64,000 bases of DNA, from contig NC_087251.1 of NCBI RefSeq assembly GCF_037042905.1, forward strand, positions 9,922,001-9,986,000, given 5' to 3'. The stretch is from Lytechinus pictus (Eukaryota). Every line of letters starts with the position of its first letter. Position 1 is the stretch's first letter. Shown one piece after another: positions 39,613 to 51,892 of the stretch. Below the pieces are notes generated by a model, which saw nothing but the letters and a program-made list of their open reading frames with translations, made no database searches and was not told the origin of the DNA. The position numbers and the translations under genes are program-made.

Positions 39613-42600
39613 TCTGATACTAAAGTATGATGGAAATCATGGAACCATATATTATAACAGATACTACAATGATATTTGAATGATGATTAATGACACCCGT
39701 AGTTGTGTTGTGAATAATAATTATGGAACCTTAAAGTTAAACTGAGTTAATTGTACAGTATCTTCATCACCAAATTTTCTTGTGTATATTGAGCCATTAC
39801 AATTCATAAAATAAATGAATTCCTAAAGTAAAGTATGAGATAAGTCAAAATATTTTTAGGGACAGTATAGCTGTCTTAATTTCAATAGTAAGTTTGATGC
39901 CTGTACATATAGGCCTACACATATTCATACATGTAGATGCCATGTAATTGTTCCCAACCCCTTAATTTCCATACTTGATTGTAGTCATAATCCCTTTCTA
40001 AAAGGAGATTGTAATTATGATACTTCCTTCATATTCTAACCTCAAAGGAAAGTTACTGGGGAACCTTGGGTTTTCTGGTTTTCCTATCTTCTCTTTTGAG
40101 GCTGAATTGGGTGGGAATGTCAAACAATGTTCCTGTCATTTCAGTGATCCCCAAATTTATGAAGTCACAGTGAGCAATAAATTTGAAAGAATTTCTTTAT
40201 ATGTTCAAGGAGAATTGTTTCCATGTCATTGAAGAAAGTTCTGAAATTAAGCAGACTGAATTCGAAATCATGAAAACAAGTTAGAAACTTATAAATGCTG
40301 ATAAATTCACTGACACTCACCAAGGCAAGTAATGATGGGCATACCTACATGTAGGCCTACTTGTGTCTTGTGAGTTGTGTATTGTGTATTGATGTCCTGC
40401 TTTAAAGTTCTGAGCAAAGCTCATTTTCAACCAAAATCAATTTGACAACTGTAATGTGTGTTTGTCAGATTAATTCAGAATTTATTTTCCTGATCAGTGC
40501 AACAAGTAAACTTTATTTTGAACTTAAAATAAAACCCCTTTTTGCTCCTCAGCTATAAAGTTCCAGTGTGTCTGATGATTAAGCAATTTTATTAGTGAGT
40601 CATTATTATGCATTCCTATATAGTCTTTGGAAAGTTCTGTGAATTTTTTTTTTTTTCGTCAATATAAATATTCTTTTTTTTGCACAAAAATGCTAATGTA
40701 AATGCATGTTGTTATTGACTCATTCATGAGTCCTAGAAAATAAAATCTGATGTTAGTCATATTTTGTTGAAAGTAAAAATACATGCTGTTGTAGGTACAT
40801 TCCACATGAAGTAGAAATAAATACTCATTGTTTCTTTATATTTTCTCATGTATTTGCACTCCTCTTTTTAGCGCCCTTCACTCACAGCCTCCATGCCCAC
40901 TCTGTTGACATTTCTACTATTCATAATACTTCCGTTCTCTGCAGATAAACAAAAATGTAAGAAATCAAATATGTACAAGTTGACTGACGTCTTCAAATAC
41001 TTCAAATATTTCTGTTATTTGAACTATGAAGAATGCTCATGACTTCCATATTTATCTTCCTGGTTCATATGGAACATATTTGTATTAGTACAGATATGTC
41101 TTGTTTCATCATAATTTTACACTTATATTGTCAATTTCATACAGAAATAGTATTAATGATCAGAGCACTGTATCTTATGGCAGACATAACCAGAGGGGGG
41201 GGGGGGGCTTCCAAAGAAGAATAAACATTGGGTTAGCCTATGCCATGAGTTATGTGTGTTGCTATGTCAGTGTATAGGTTATCCTGTGTTAGGCATACTT
41301 GAAGCCCCCAGTTAAATAGCTCCATGCCAAAACCAAATCAGTCCATATGCATATACATGCATGTAATGCAACATTGTAGTCTGTACACTAATAGAAACTT
41401 CATGTGTTATACACAGATGACATGTATTTCACAGAATATTCTTTGGTATTCATCTCAATTCTCTTGTTTCTGTCAACCCTGCCCTTTTGTGTGATTGTCT
41501 CTTCAATCTTCTTTTGAATTGAAAAGACCAAACAATGTTCTTCCAAAAGTACTGTAAGGGATAATACTTTTCACTTTATTACCTTGACTAGAGTAGAGTG
41601 TGATGGTATTTCAGAATTAAAGGAACAAATGTGGTTGAAAAAAAAGAGATATTCTTATTCATTTGATAAATACCAGTTTAGTTTTTGATACAAAATGAAC
41701 CTGTCAGCAATCAATTGCATTGTATTGCACTGTACATCAATTTAAATAGATGTAACCATGACCCATCAAACTTATAGATGGAAGAATTATTTTCATTTAT
41801 AAATGGTTATTCACTTGTGTTTCGTGCATAACCAGCCATTTGGAATGACTAATGATTTAACAATTCAGACTATTGTGGTAGTAACAAATCTGTCTCTTGA
41901 ATTGTTTCTTCTGTCTTCGCTCATTTCTGTCTAGGTTAATTCATATTGTCCCCTTCAAGGTCGATCTTTTGACCTGATATAACCCAAATCTGAGGTCGCT
42001 GAGTCAGAATCAGAACAAGATATTGTGTGAAACATAAGATAATTTTGAGCTAGGCATGTCCAGCTTTTGTTTCCATGCTGTTCACTTGTATGATAACTAG
42101 TTACTGTGAAAGATGAATTTAGCACCATCAAGTTATTCTTGTTTCATTTTTTTTTTGGGGGGTATATTGAATCTTTGATTTGATGAAATCTTAATTGCAT
42201 TTCACTTTAAACCCAGCTCTACATCATTCTGAGTTATTCTCTACCATAGTACCATTAGTTATTGTATTTTGTTGTACTTTGTGACTGGAAAATGAATGAA
42301 TCTCAAATCTCAATTGCGGAAGAATATATAGATCGTAAATACATATAGTGGAAAAGTTTGGAAGAACAGGGATAAAGGGCAGGGTAAGGTTGAAGGATCT
42401 ATTTGATGAGATGTATTAAGCCACAAAGTTCATTGAGAAGGTGAACCTGTCTTTACAAAATAGTCAAATGAAATGGCAATGGGATGTAGGTCAGCATATC
42501 TTGAGTATTGTCCTCTATTCTTCCCATCAGATCTACAATAGGCTTTTATTAACCCATGTCATTCATAAACCTGATTTACAGGAGCTCTAAGCTGGTTTAC

Positions 42601-45600
42601 AAACCACAAGTCAAGGGATGGATAGTAGTAACAAACAATGATCTAAATTGTCATATTTATTCTCCCTTCCTTGTCAACATGTCCTACCACAGTGGATCAA
42701 TTGTCTACCAATACTCTGATGTAGGATGGGCCTCTACATTCTCTTTTATTTTGAAAACCACAGAAATATGTGGACTTTAGAAACTCATTCTTTTGGAAGT
42801 AATTGTTTATTTGTATTTATTATTTACACTTTAGAGCTGGAAGGTAATTCTTTTCATCAAAATGAGGGCAAGGCAACTGAAGCTGACGTGTTTGGCAAGC
42901 TCAGATTAATGATATAATGTACATGTACATGTAGAAAAGAACATGTACAATTTTGGGAGTGCCTTAAAGTGAGAAACTTACAGCACAAATCAGTCCGAAG
43001 AATTAAATCTCTTCATTAGATATATGTACTGTAGATATATATCTGTCAGACTGTGCCACCCTATGCCAAGATATGGATCTGAATCCATTTTATAAACATT
43101 AAACGTTGGGTGTAAAGTCCATTCTTCAGTTTGGTTGATTGTGAAGTGAATTGATGATATTGATCTTGTCTGTCATGTGGTTTAATTCTACATTTGTCAA
43201 TTTGTCTGGAACACTTGTATTAGAGTGCAATTATTCATGATGGTAGATTGATAATCTTCTAATAGTCCCAAGTTTCCAAGCAATGAAATCATTAAAAAGC
43301 AAATTTCCTCTTAATAGAATGCAGAGTGAATTTATTTATTCCTAGTTTCCCACAGTCCCTACATGTAGAGCAGGCATTCATTGTGAGTTGTATGATATTA
43401 ATCAGTTATCAGGCCTGTTTGTTTTTTTTATCATTGTGTTATGATATGCAATCGATCTGTAGAAAAAAGATGATTCTTAGTATTGGTATTGTGTGTGTTT
43501 TTTTATTAATATTTTGTAATTTGTTTAAGTAATTGTATTGATGCAAATTAACTTCTGTTCTACCATATGCTCTACATAAACCAATCCATAAAGCTTTAAG
43601 ACCTGTGGCTGTCAAGTAATTTAAGCATAAAAAAATCCTGTTGGTACAGAAAAAGTTGTATAGGTCAAATGAACAGCCTCCAAATCATAATAATTTGTTC
43701 TACAAAGAGTTCAATGCAGAGCATTAAAAATTATTGATCACTGGAAAAATATACATCAATCACTAGAATTTTAATTCTGCTTTATTTTATCCATTGCCTT
43801 GTGCCATTAACCATGAAACACCTGACCAGGAAATATAATCAGCCGTGTTCATTTCCACTTAACTAATCAAATTACTTCACTTTGAGTTGATGGTTGTTAC
43901 ATTGGATTAATCTATTAATTGACATTTGGTTAGGATCCATTACTATTTCACAGTGTAATTAAAAACAAGGGAATGTCAGTTGGTGGTTTTGTAGTACTAT
44001 TAAACGTGGCTATCGTGTAAACAAGGAAAACAAATGCAAATGACAGATTAGTGGTTTAATCATCAACCTGTGTTTTGCCAAATTATACCATCAACAAATG
44101 TGATTTTTGGAAGCCTGGACACCCTCCATCACATCTATGATATGCACAAAATATTTTGATTGTTTGTTTGTGGCCATTGGTTTGGTGTATGAGAACCAAT
44201 ATAAAATATAATTGGAATACAAAATGTATATTGTGTTTGTAATGAGATCTTGCAGAGTTGTTTGATATTGGATTGTGAGTTGGATGGTGAAATCTTTTTA
44301 TGAAAATGAGTTTTTCAATGCAATCTTCATAACCAAGATTTTATAATTCAATTTTGATCCTCTGTATTTGCAGAAATTTTGCAAAGTTATAATTTTCTTG
44401 CCGATTAAACCAAACAATCCTGTTAAAGTGGATTGAATTTTGGGGAGTGGTTTCTCACCAGACATAGGCTTTTTTCATGCAGTTGTTAATGTAGCATTTA
44501 TAGTGCATTTATTTATTTTCATGGATAGATCAAGAGAAATGCAAAATGAATTTAAAAAAAATCCAAATGTGTCTTCAAAATTATCGCTACATATTTCACT
44601 TGTACAATTCCCGATGGATTTTATATCAAAAATTGATTACCAGTGTTTCAGTCATCAGTCCCATATATAGTTGATGATGTTGTGCTGGAATAGTTCCCTT
44701 TGCATGTAATGTTTATATGAAGGGCCTGACATCAATCAGGTCGAGCTTTGCATCTGGCTTCATGCAACTGCTGCATAAATATACAATGTTATCTGACAGT
44801 GATAACAAGTTCTTATACTGTCTTTGTTCAATGTCCTGAATATTGAAGGCAATACAATAAAGTCAGGAATAAAGCTACCGAAGGCAGCGGCCTGTTGGGG
44901 TGAATGTGAACACTGAATAGAATCAGAATAAAGGTCCACTTATCTTCACTATTTTTTTTTCAATCATCATCATAGCCAATGCAAGTGCGATTATTTACTT
45001 CTAATGGTAGATAAATGTTATTTGATTATTGTAATTTCCATCGTATATTTATAGGTGTATTTTTTTCAGAATGTAAAACATTGTAGTGACTCTTGACTCA
45101 TTCAGTCCACTGTAAACATGATCTATTATATAGGCATGGAATGTAAACCTCAGTATTTGCATTGATCAATCAAAACATCAAATAAAATTAATGTAATAAT
45201 AACACTTAATTTCTACATATGGTTCTCAGTATCACACATAATAAGTTTAGCCTTTAGGTCTAATTATTAATTGCCTTGTTATACATTACACTATCAGTCA
45301 CACATTTCATACACCTTTTCATGATGAAAATTCAAAGAAAATGACAATTCAATTATTTTTTGTATGTGAGATATGGAAGAACAACTTTCATGTGACATTA
45401 CAAAAGTTGAATTAAATATCATAACTCTTTAAAGCTTGACGGTCATTTTTGTCAGACATTCATTAATATGTTTGTCTGCCTTTCAGGGTGGACTTTCCCT
45501 TTAAACTTGAATACATTATTTTTTCAAAGTTTTTGTTGGCTTGATTTTGAATAAATCCTGATAAGTTTACTGCTTCTGGTGTTTTTTATCTGTTTTGTCA

Positions 45601-46616
45601 GGTCTCATTACTTCCTATTGCACTGGTTTGCAATAAGCCAGATAATTGAAATCAGTTGTATTGATATCCATTTCCTGACTAGAATGAACAAGAGATCTCA
45701 ATGTAATCCTATGTCCGCTGGGTTGTAAATATAGTCATTGAATAGCCTTCTACTATTCATGAATGACCTCTATTGACAAGCCCATTGACCTTCTGTCTGT
45801 CTGGACCATTTGCTGACCAACTGACCAGAAACCCAAACATTGGTCATTTGTGAAGTGGAAAGAGAAACATCAGAAGCATTGATATTATTGTGAACCATTA
45901 GGGAATAGTGGAAGTAGAGATGGCAAAGATATCTGAGAAGGAGTGCTAATTACATTAGGTGAGGTTGTAAAGGAAATTGAATCATTTAAACTAACATTAT
46001 AGTTGGGTGGTCCTAATGTGTGCATTTTAGTCGAATGTGTCAATTTTAGCACTTGTGAAGGAAAATAAATGAATGGAAATACCTGCTGTATTTTCCCTAC
46101 AATACCTTCATGTGTGTATGACCATTGTGCGTGGGGACAACATACTTTGATCACACTTCTGAAGGATTTTATAGAAGTGAATCATTTATGCCAAATGTAT
46201 ACTACCATTTTAAGTTATTGCTATTTACATGATTGTGTATATGCCAATGTTTTGTCAAGTTGAATAGTGATGAAATATAAATATAAACGGCTGCACACCA
46301 TCTACGAATAAAGATGAAGTTGAAAGTGACAGAATCATCTGTTGTTTCCGTATATCAATCTATCTTCACATGGTAGACATTCTGTGGCCATTACTGTGAT
46401 CTACCAATGAGAGAAAGTGAGTCACTAATTAAGTGATAATTTTCAGGAAGTATTCAAACTTCACTGAGTCTGTCAAACTATATTTCACCTTCTACTTGCT
46501 TTCAACATAATGTGAATCATGTTCAAGAAGGTGACGATTTCTGATCGATACCTTCATTTGCAAATTATGTTTGACCAGCTGGATAATTATATCTTTCATA
46601 TTTTGAAAATCCACAG

Positions 46617-47665
46617 ATATGTCGATGGACATTGCGCCTACCCTCATCACATTGTACGACTCGGTAGCAGCAAATGGCCAAGTAGATGAACATCCCCATC
46701 AAGGAGAGGAGGAGCGTTTGCAGCCGCAGCAGGATTGTGAGTCACATGACCAGGAAGAGCCAATTGCATTTGTGCCGAGCGCAACTACCCTGGCTGCGGT
46801 GCGCTTGGGAGACTCAGAAGGAAGTTTGATTGCAGTGGATGATGTCACGCAAGAAAACAAGGGAAAATGTAGCAAAGGAGAAAGTGATAACAGGGGTAGG
46901 GAAGGTTGTGAGAGCTCAAATGCTGCAGCAGAAGAGCAGAGACTAAACAACCACCCTGCCAATCATAGTTACTTACATGCTGCAGGAGGAAGGGTGCCAT
47001 TGGTAGACAGTGCCGCAGTAGATTCATACCTTGATAGAACTACCCAGGAGAAACAAGATAACGCCCAAAATGGCGGCGGCGATAGCAATAGTGTTTCAAG
47101 TGCAAATAAAGAACATTTGACTTCATGTGGGAAGGTGAACCTGCATGGAGCTCGTGATAACAACTTCAACGTAGAACATTCCAGTAGGATGGTTAGTAGC
47201 GACAATCCAGGAGAAAACATGGCAATAGATGTAGACTTCAACAGCAATAGCAATAATGACTGCAGGCCACGGGCCCACAGTGCGGACCTGCTGTCAGACA
47301 GCAGAAGATGGAGTCAGCGGCAGCGTCCAGCAAGTGCGGAGATTACGACCACGGAGTATCTTGAGAATGGTGCTTGCTCACCGGTTCTTCAGCAGAAGCA
47401 TGAAGAGGTGCAGCAGAGCCATGCCCCTATCAGGCAGAACTCATCCCGCATCAACCCTCCAATCATTGTCACCACAACTCCTATGACAAATGAAGCCATG
47501 TCACCACCTACATCACCACCAACATCACCTCCGATGAGTCCTACCTTCCAGAGACCTAAACCAAGTATATTCAGCATGCAAGGAAGGACCTACCTGGACA
47601 GGATAGTAGATGAAATCATTGATACAGAGAGGAGTTATGTTGGAGATCTTGGAGACATTATAAAG
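46617..47665 (+). CDS. PLEKHG1: PLEKHG1/2/3-like Dbl-family RhoGEF, large coding exon (disordered N-terminus plus start of DH domain)
   Basis: Acceptor ...ccacAG at 46615-46616, then AT ATG (ATG at 46619). Open frame with raised GC content. It ends in YLDRIVDEIIDTERSYVGDLGDIIK, the first DH helix (E-x-x-x-T-E-R-x-Y-V-x-D-L), followed by a phase-0 donor GTAAGC at 47666. The symbol denotes the family; the vertebrate paralogue cannot be resolved. Confidence 0.92.
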
Positions 47666-50600
47666 GTAAGCAAAATTGGAAGAAAATTGAAGATATACTG
47701 GCTATATTACTGTACCTGTATTGGGAATCTTAAAAAAAGATAATTGTATGTGGCTTCATACATTGCTCTGTGCTATGAATTGGGTGTGATTTTAATTTGA
47801 ATTCCTGAAGTGAAAGTTTGTGAAACAAATATTTTGTAGGAATCCCTTATTGGATTGATTGATCGAACAGCATACAAGATCTTGAAGTGACTCCCTCTCA
47901 CTTCCCTGGTGAATTGTAGACATAAAAGAAGTGTCCACAGTTTGTCTGGTGATAGAACTACAAAGCTGGAAACCAAAATACCCATGACTTTGCACTTTAG
48001 TTTAATTCAAAGCTAACTTAATAGTGATTAGGAGATTAGGTACATGTAGGTATTGATGGGTCAATGACAATTAGCAAGTTTATTCAGTTGATCATTTACC
48101 TCTGGCCTTCAAACAAATGAGTTGTTTATCCTTGCTGCTGCCAAGAATCAAGCAAGTAAACAAACCACCATGGTAAATTATCATTTCTTGTCACTGTTAT
48201 AAGTGAATGACCACATTGTTGTATGTGTACAATTTATTTGTCATTTTGTTAAATACATGTACATGTATAAAAGCCAAGTCCATCCAATAGCAAGTTGATT
48301 TGGAAGGAATTTTTTAAGATTAGAAAGAAAGTCTAAGAAATTTCTAAATTTGCAGTTTTGAAAAAGTCTGAGAATGTGAGAGCTGATGATTTGGTGTATA
48401 CTTGGTATTTCTTTCATATTTTGTTTTCAGGATTATGTTTTGACTTAGAAAATCATCATCATTATTTAAACAATTTAATACTTTACCAGTATGATACTCA
48501 AGTGGAATAATGTTATGTCCCAAAAGGCTGGAAATTCTTTACATTTTACAACTACAAGTATTCATTCAGTCATTTCAGTGCAATGTGCATTTGATCTGTT
48601 CAGTTTGGATGGACTTGTTCTTTTATTGTTTTAGGATTTGATTCTGGCACCATTATGTTTTGTAGGCCATTGGAAATCAGTATTATGTTTTATTTTGGCA
48701 CTCTTTCTGTACCTATTTTTTTTTTTTTTGAAGCCCAGATTCTGACACTATTAATTTTGGGTGGTCAATTGACTTTTTCATTGAAAGTTTTAATTTTGGC
48801 TCTATCTGCTATTTGTTAATGGATTTTATTTGAAGCCAGGTAAATTTGGCTCAGATTAGAAACATTGTTGTGATTGCTAAATGAAATTCAGGTAGTATGG
48901 AACCTATTGATACAAATAATTTCTTGCAATAATCAGTACCTCAGTTTGAAATAGAAAGAAAAGACCGAAAGGTAAATCTTTGGGCTAAATCACAGTGGTT
49001 AAGTTCATGGATCAATCTGATTCATCAAATAGGCAAATAGAAAATAGAGTTTGACAATCACAGTGAGAAGGTATGTCACAGACCCATCTTGTGAGCAAGA
49101 ATCAATTGAAGAAGTGAAACTTGTTAAATGAAACTTCTAAAAAGTGAAACTTGTGTTTTGTGAATGCATAATGATATTCTATGAAATGATAATCTTGTGA
49201 AGCCAACACACTTTGTGAAATTTGTATTCTCTTTGTTTGTTGCTCACAATTCTGACGTTGAACAATAATTAAAAAAAAACTTGTGTGTGGATATAATTTT
49301 ATTGTAGTCACTTCCTGGTGCCAAAACAATCATAATTTTCAGATGAATTTGAAGAAATTGCACAGTGCTGCATTAAAAAAAAATAGGTTAAACAATTCTA
49401 GTACTGTGTACGATCTTGATTTTATATTCCTGTAATTGATACTGATAGTCTGCCCATGCATTGCTATGTCAAATTTTAGAGTTGATCATGATTCTGTCTA
49501 CGTGCAATATGCTTGTAAAGGTACATCTAAGAATGAGAACAGATAATTTAAGAATAATCTTTGGTGTTATATGGGGCTATAGTAAAGACCTTCTGTCACT
49601 GACATAGATCAAGAAGATGGACTGAATGCTTCTCACCTGAAGGCTCAAGGTTACATATGTCCTCAATTTAGAATGTACTTGAAATTGTGCAGTGTAACAT
49701 CTCAAAAATGAAAGGAAAGCTTACCTTTGAATAGGATCATGGGCATAATCTTTTTTCACACCTTTCTGTAATCGACCCTTGCATTCATTCAACCAGCAAA
49801 TCTTGCAATCTCTTTATTGCTATGATGTAAAGATTGGTGTATTGCCTTGTAGTGAAGTGCCAGGTGAGTGGTATTGAATCAACACTATGACAGAAAAATG
49901 AGAAAGGGTCACCAGGTTGGTAATGAAGTTTGCAGACTGAGGTGGTAATAGCATAATCATTTAATGCTGCTCTTATTTTTCTAATTGAGTAGAGTAAAGT
50001 GTGTTGTTGATTGACAAGATGGAGAGAGGATTTAGAAATTAGGCCTACACTGTTGCAATGAGTGATGGATGGTTAGACTTAGACCACTCACTAAGATCTG
50101 CATGAATGTCAACTTGATGAAACTTTTTTCTCTCTTCTACTCTTTTCCCCTTTCTTTCACTGTTTTATTTTATATTATTTCCCTATTGCTTTCATACATC
50201 CTTTCTCTCCCCTTTGTTGTCAAATCACACTTGAAACATGCACAAAGGTTTCCAAAGCACAGTATTATTGACTTCCCAAGTTGGCAGAATCCTATAAAAA
50301 ATTATCAATACATGTATATAGGTATTTTCTTTGTTATGTGTGAAAACCACAGTAAAGTTCAAATTTGTTTGAAGTTATTTTGAAGGCCTTGTATTCATAA
50401 TGTGCTTGTTCAAACGGAATTAAAATTAGAGAATTTCACTAGGCCCTCAGACAAAAAGGGTTCAGGGTATGTATGCTTTCTTCTCACCACATCCTATCTG
50501 TTATGTACTTAGCCTGTACTGGTGTTTAGGAAGTTTATGTGGTTTAATCAGGGAATTGTTAGACAATTCCATAGATTCAATAGAATAAGAACAAAGCATT

Positions 50601-50944
50601 TGATTAAATTTTAGATGCTGACGTTCTTTATGCTATGAGAGGAAATGTTTATTTAAAGAACTATGAAATAATGGTACTTGCATGTACCTTTTTTCCTTAG
50701 AGACATTGTGCCGGCTAACCCACCTAATAGAATGTAATGTTGACAATTATAGTCTATACACCCATGCTGTAGCAGCAGTAGTAATCATAGCAGTGGTAGT
50801 AGACTAGTGCACTGCTCTTGCTAATGTTTATCTGTTTTTTAAAATGCTTATAGGCCTACATGGACTCTTTTTCATATAACATGACCTTACTTGCCTTTGC
50901 ATTATAAACAAGCTCAATAATTTGATATTCAAATTCCTATCCAG

Positions 50945-51045
50945 GGTTACAACCAAGCTATGAAGAACCATCCTGACATCCAACTTAGCCAGGAGAAGTT
51001 TGACACTCTCTTCTGCAATCTAGAGGATATCCATTCTTTTAACAG
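50945..51045 (+). CDS. PLEKHG1: PLEKHG1/2/3-like RhoGEF, DH-domain exon
   Basis: Acceptor ttcctatccAG (50943-44). Reads GYNQAMKNHPDIQLSQEKFDTLFCNLEDIHSFN+AG, containing the DH LF-x-N-(I/L)-x-D-I-x-x-F-N motif. Donor GTAAGT at 51046, phase 0 in and phase 2 out. Not in the ORF track. Confidence 0.92.
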
Positions 51046-51308
51046 GTAAGTAGGCGTCTCTTTCTCCCCCTCCCTTCGGCTTGATGACAGGCCTGTCAGG
51101 GGGTAACCATTATGGTATCCATTTTGTCTTATTGCCTCTCCAGTCTCCCCTCAAATTTCCGTGGTGGGGTCATGGCTTCCCCCTCTTAAACGTGTGACCC
51201 AATAAACCCACTTCTATCTGCTTGGAGTTTTTTTTTAATACTGTCTCCATCTTTTTTAGTAAGAGGCAAGAAAGAGGTAGAAGGATTTCAAATCTGTACC
51301 TATATTAA

Positions 51309-51892
51309 AGGAGAATGAAACCCTTGAAACCAGCTGAATCCATATCAAAGAGAAAAATCAAAGAAACATATTGTTGAAAGTTTGAGAAAGATTGAATGAA
51401 TAATAAGAAAGTTATGAGCATTTGAATATTGAGATCACTAATGCCATGTAGATCCTCCTATTGGCAATGCGACCAAGATCTGTGATGTCACACACGTACA
51501 ACTCCCTCATTACTTTAGTACATATTTCACTTATTTTCTCACTTTTATAGAGTCTATCACATGGTGAGGTGTTCTCTTTATGAGAGGACAAGTACCGAGG
51601 TTTCACAACATTATATCATTGATGAATCATTTGTCATATGATTAGAATGAGCAAAAAAAGATGTTTTGGGGTATATTTTCAGCATCCAAAAGGGGAGAGT
51701 TGTTTATCAGTGACATCATAGATCTTGGTCGCATTGCCAATGGGAGGATCTCCATAGCATTAGTGATCTCGACATTCAAATGCTCATAACTCTTCTATTG
51801 CTAGTCCTATTTTACTCAAACTTTTGTTGATCTTATTCTTTGATTTTTCTGCTTTCACAAAAGCTAACTTGCTCCAAGAGTTTCATTCTCCT
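51309..51892. mobile_element. Kolobok-type MITE, copy A
   Basis: TTAA|AGGAGAATGAAAC ... GTTTCATTCTCCT|TTAA (TTAA TSD, RR..YY ends). Long imperfect internal palindrome. Near-identical to 55730-56314. Confidence 0.88.

Noticed and set aside
46699..47577. Several antisense and alternate-frame ORFs over the large exon
   Set aside because: Expected shadows of a GC-richer coding exon; no recognisable domains.
47666..47743. C-terminal tail VSKIGRKLKIYWLYY... of the 374-aa ORF
   Set aside because: Read-through into the intron after the GTAAGC donor; the DH sequence resumes at 50945.
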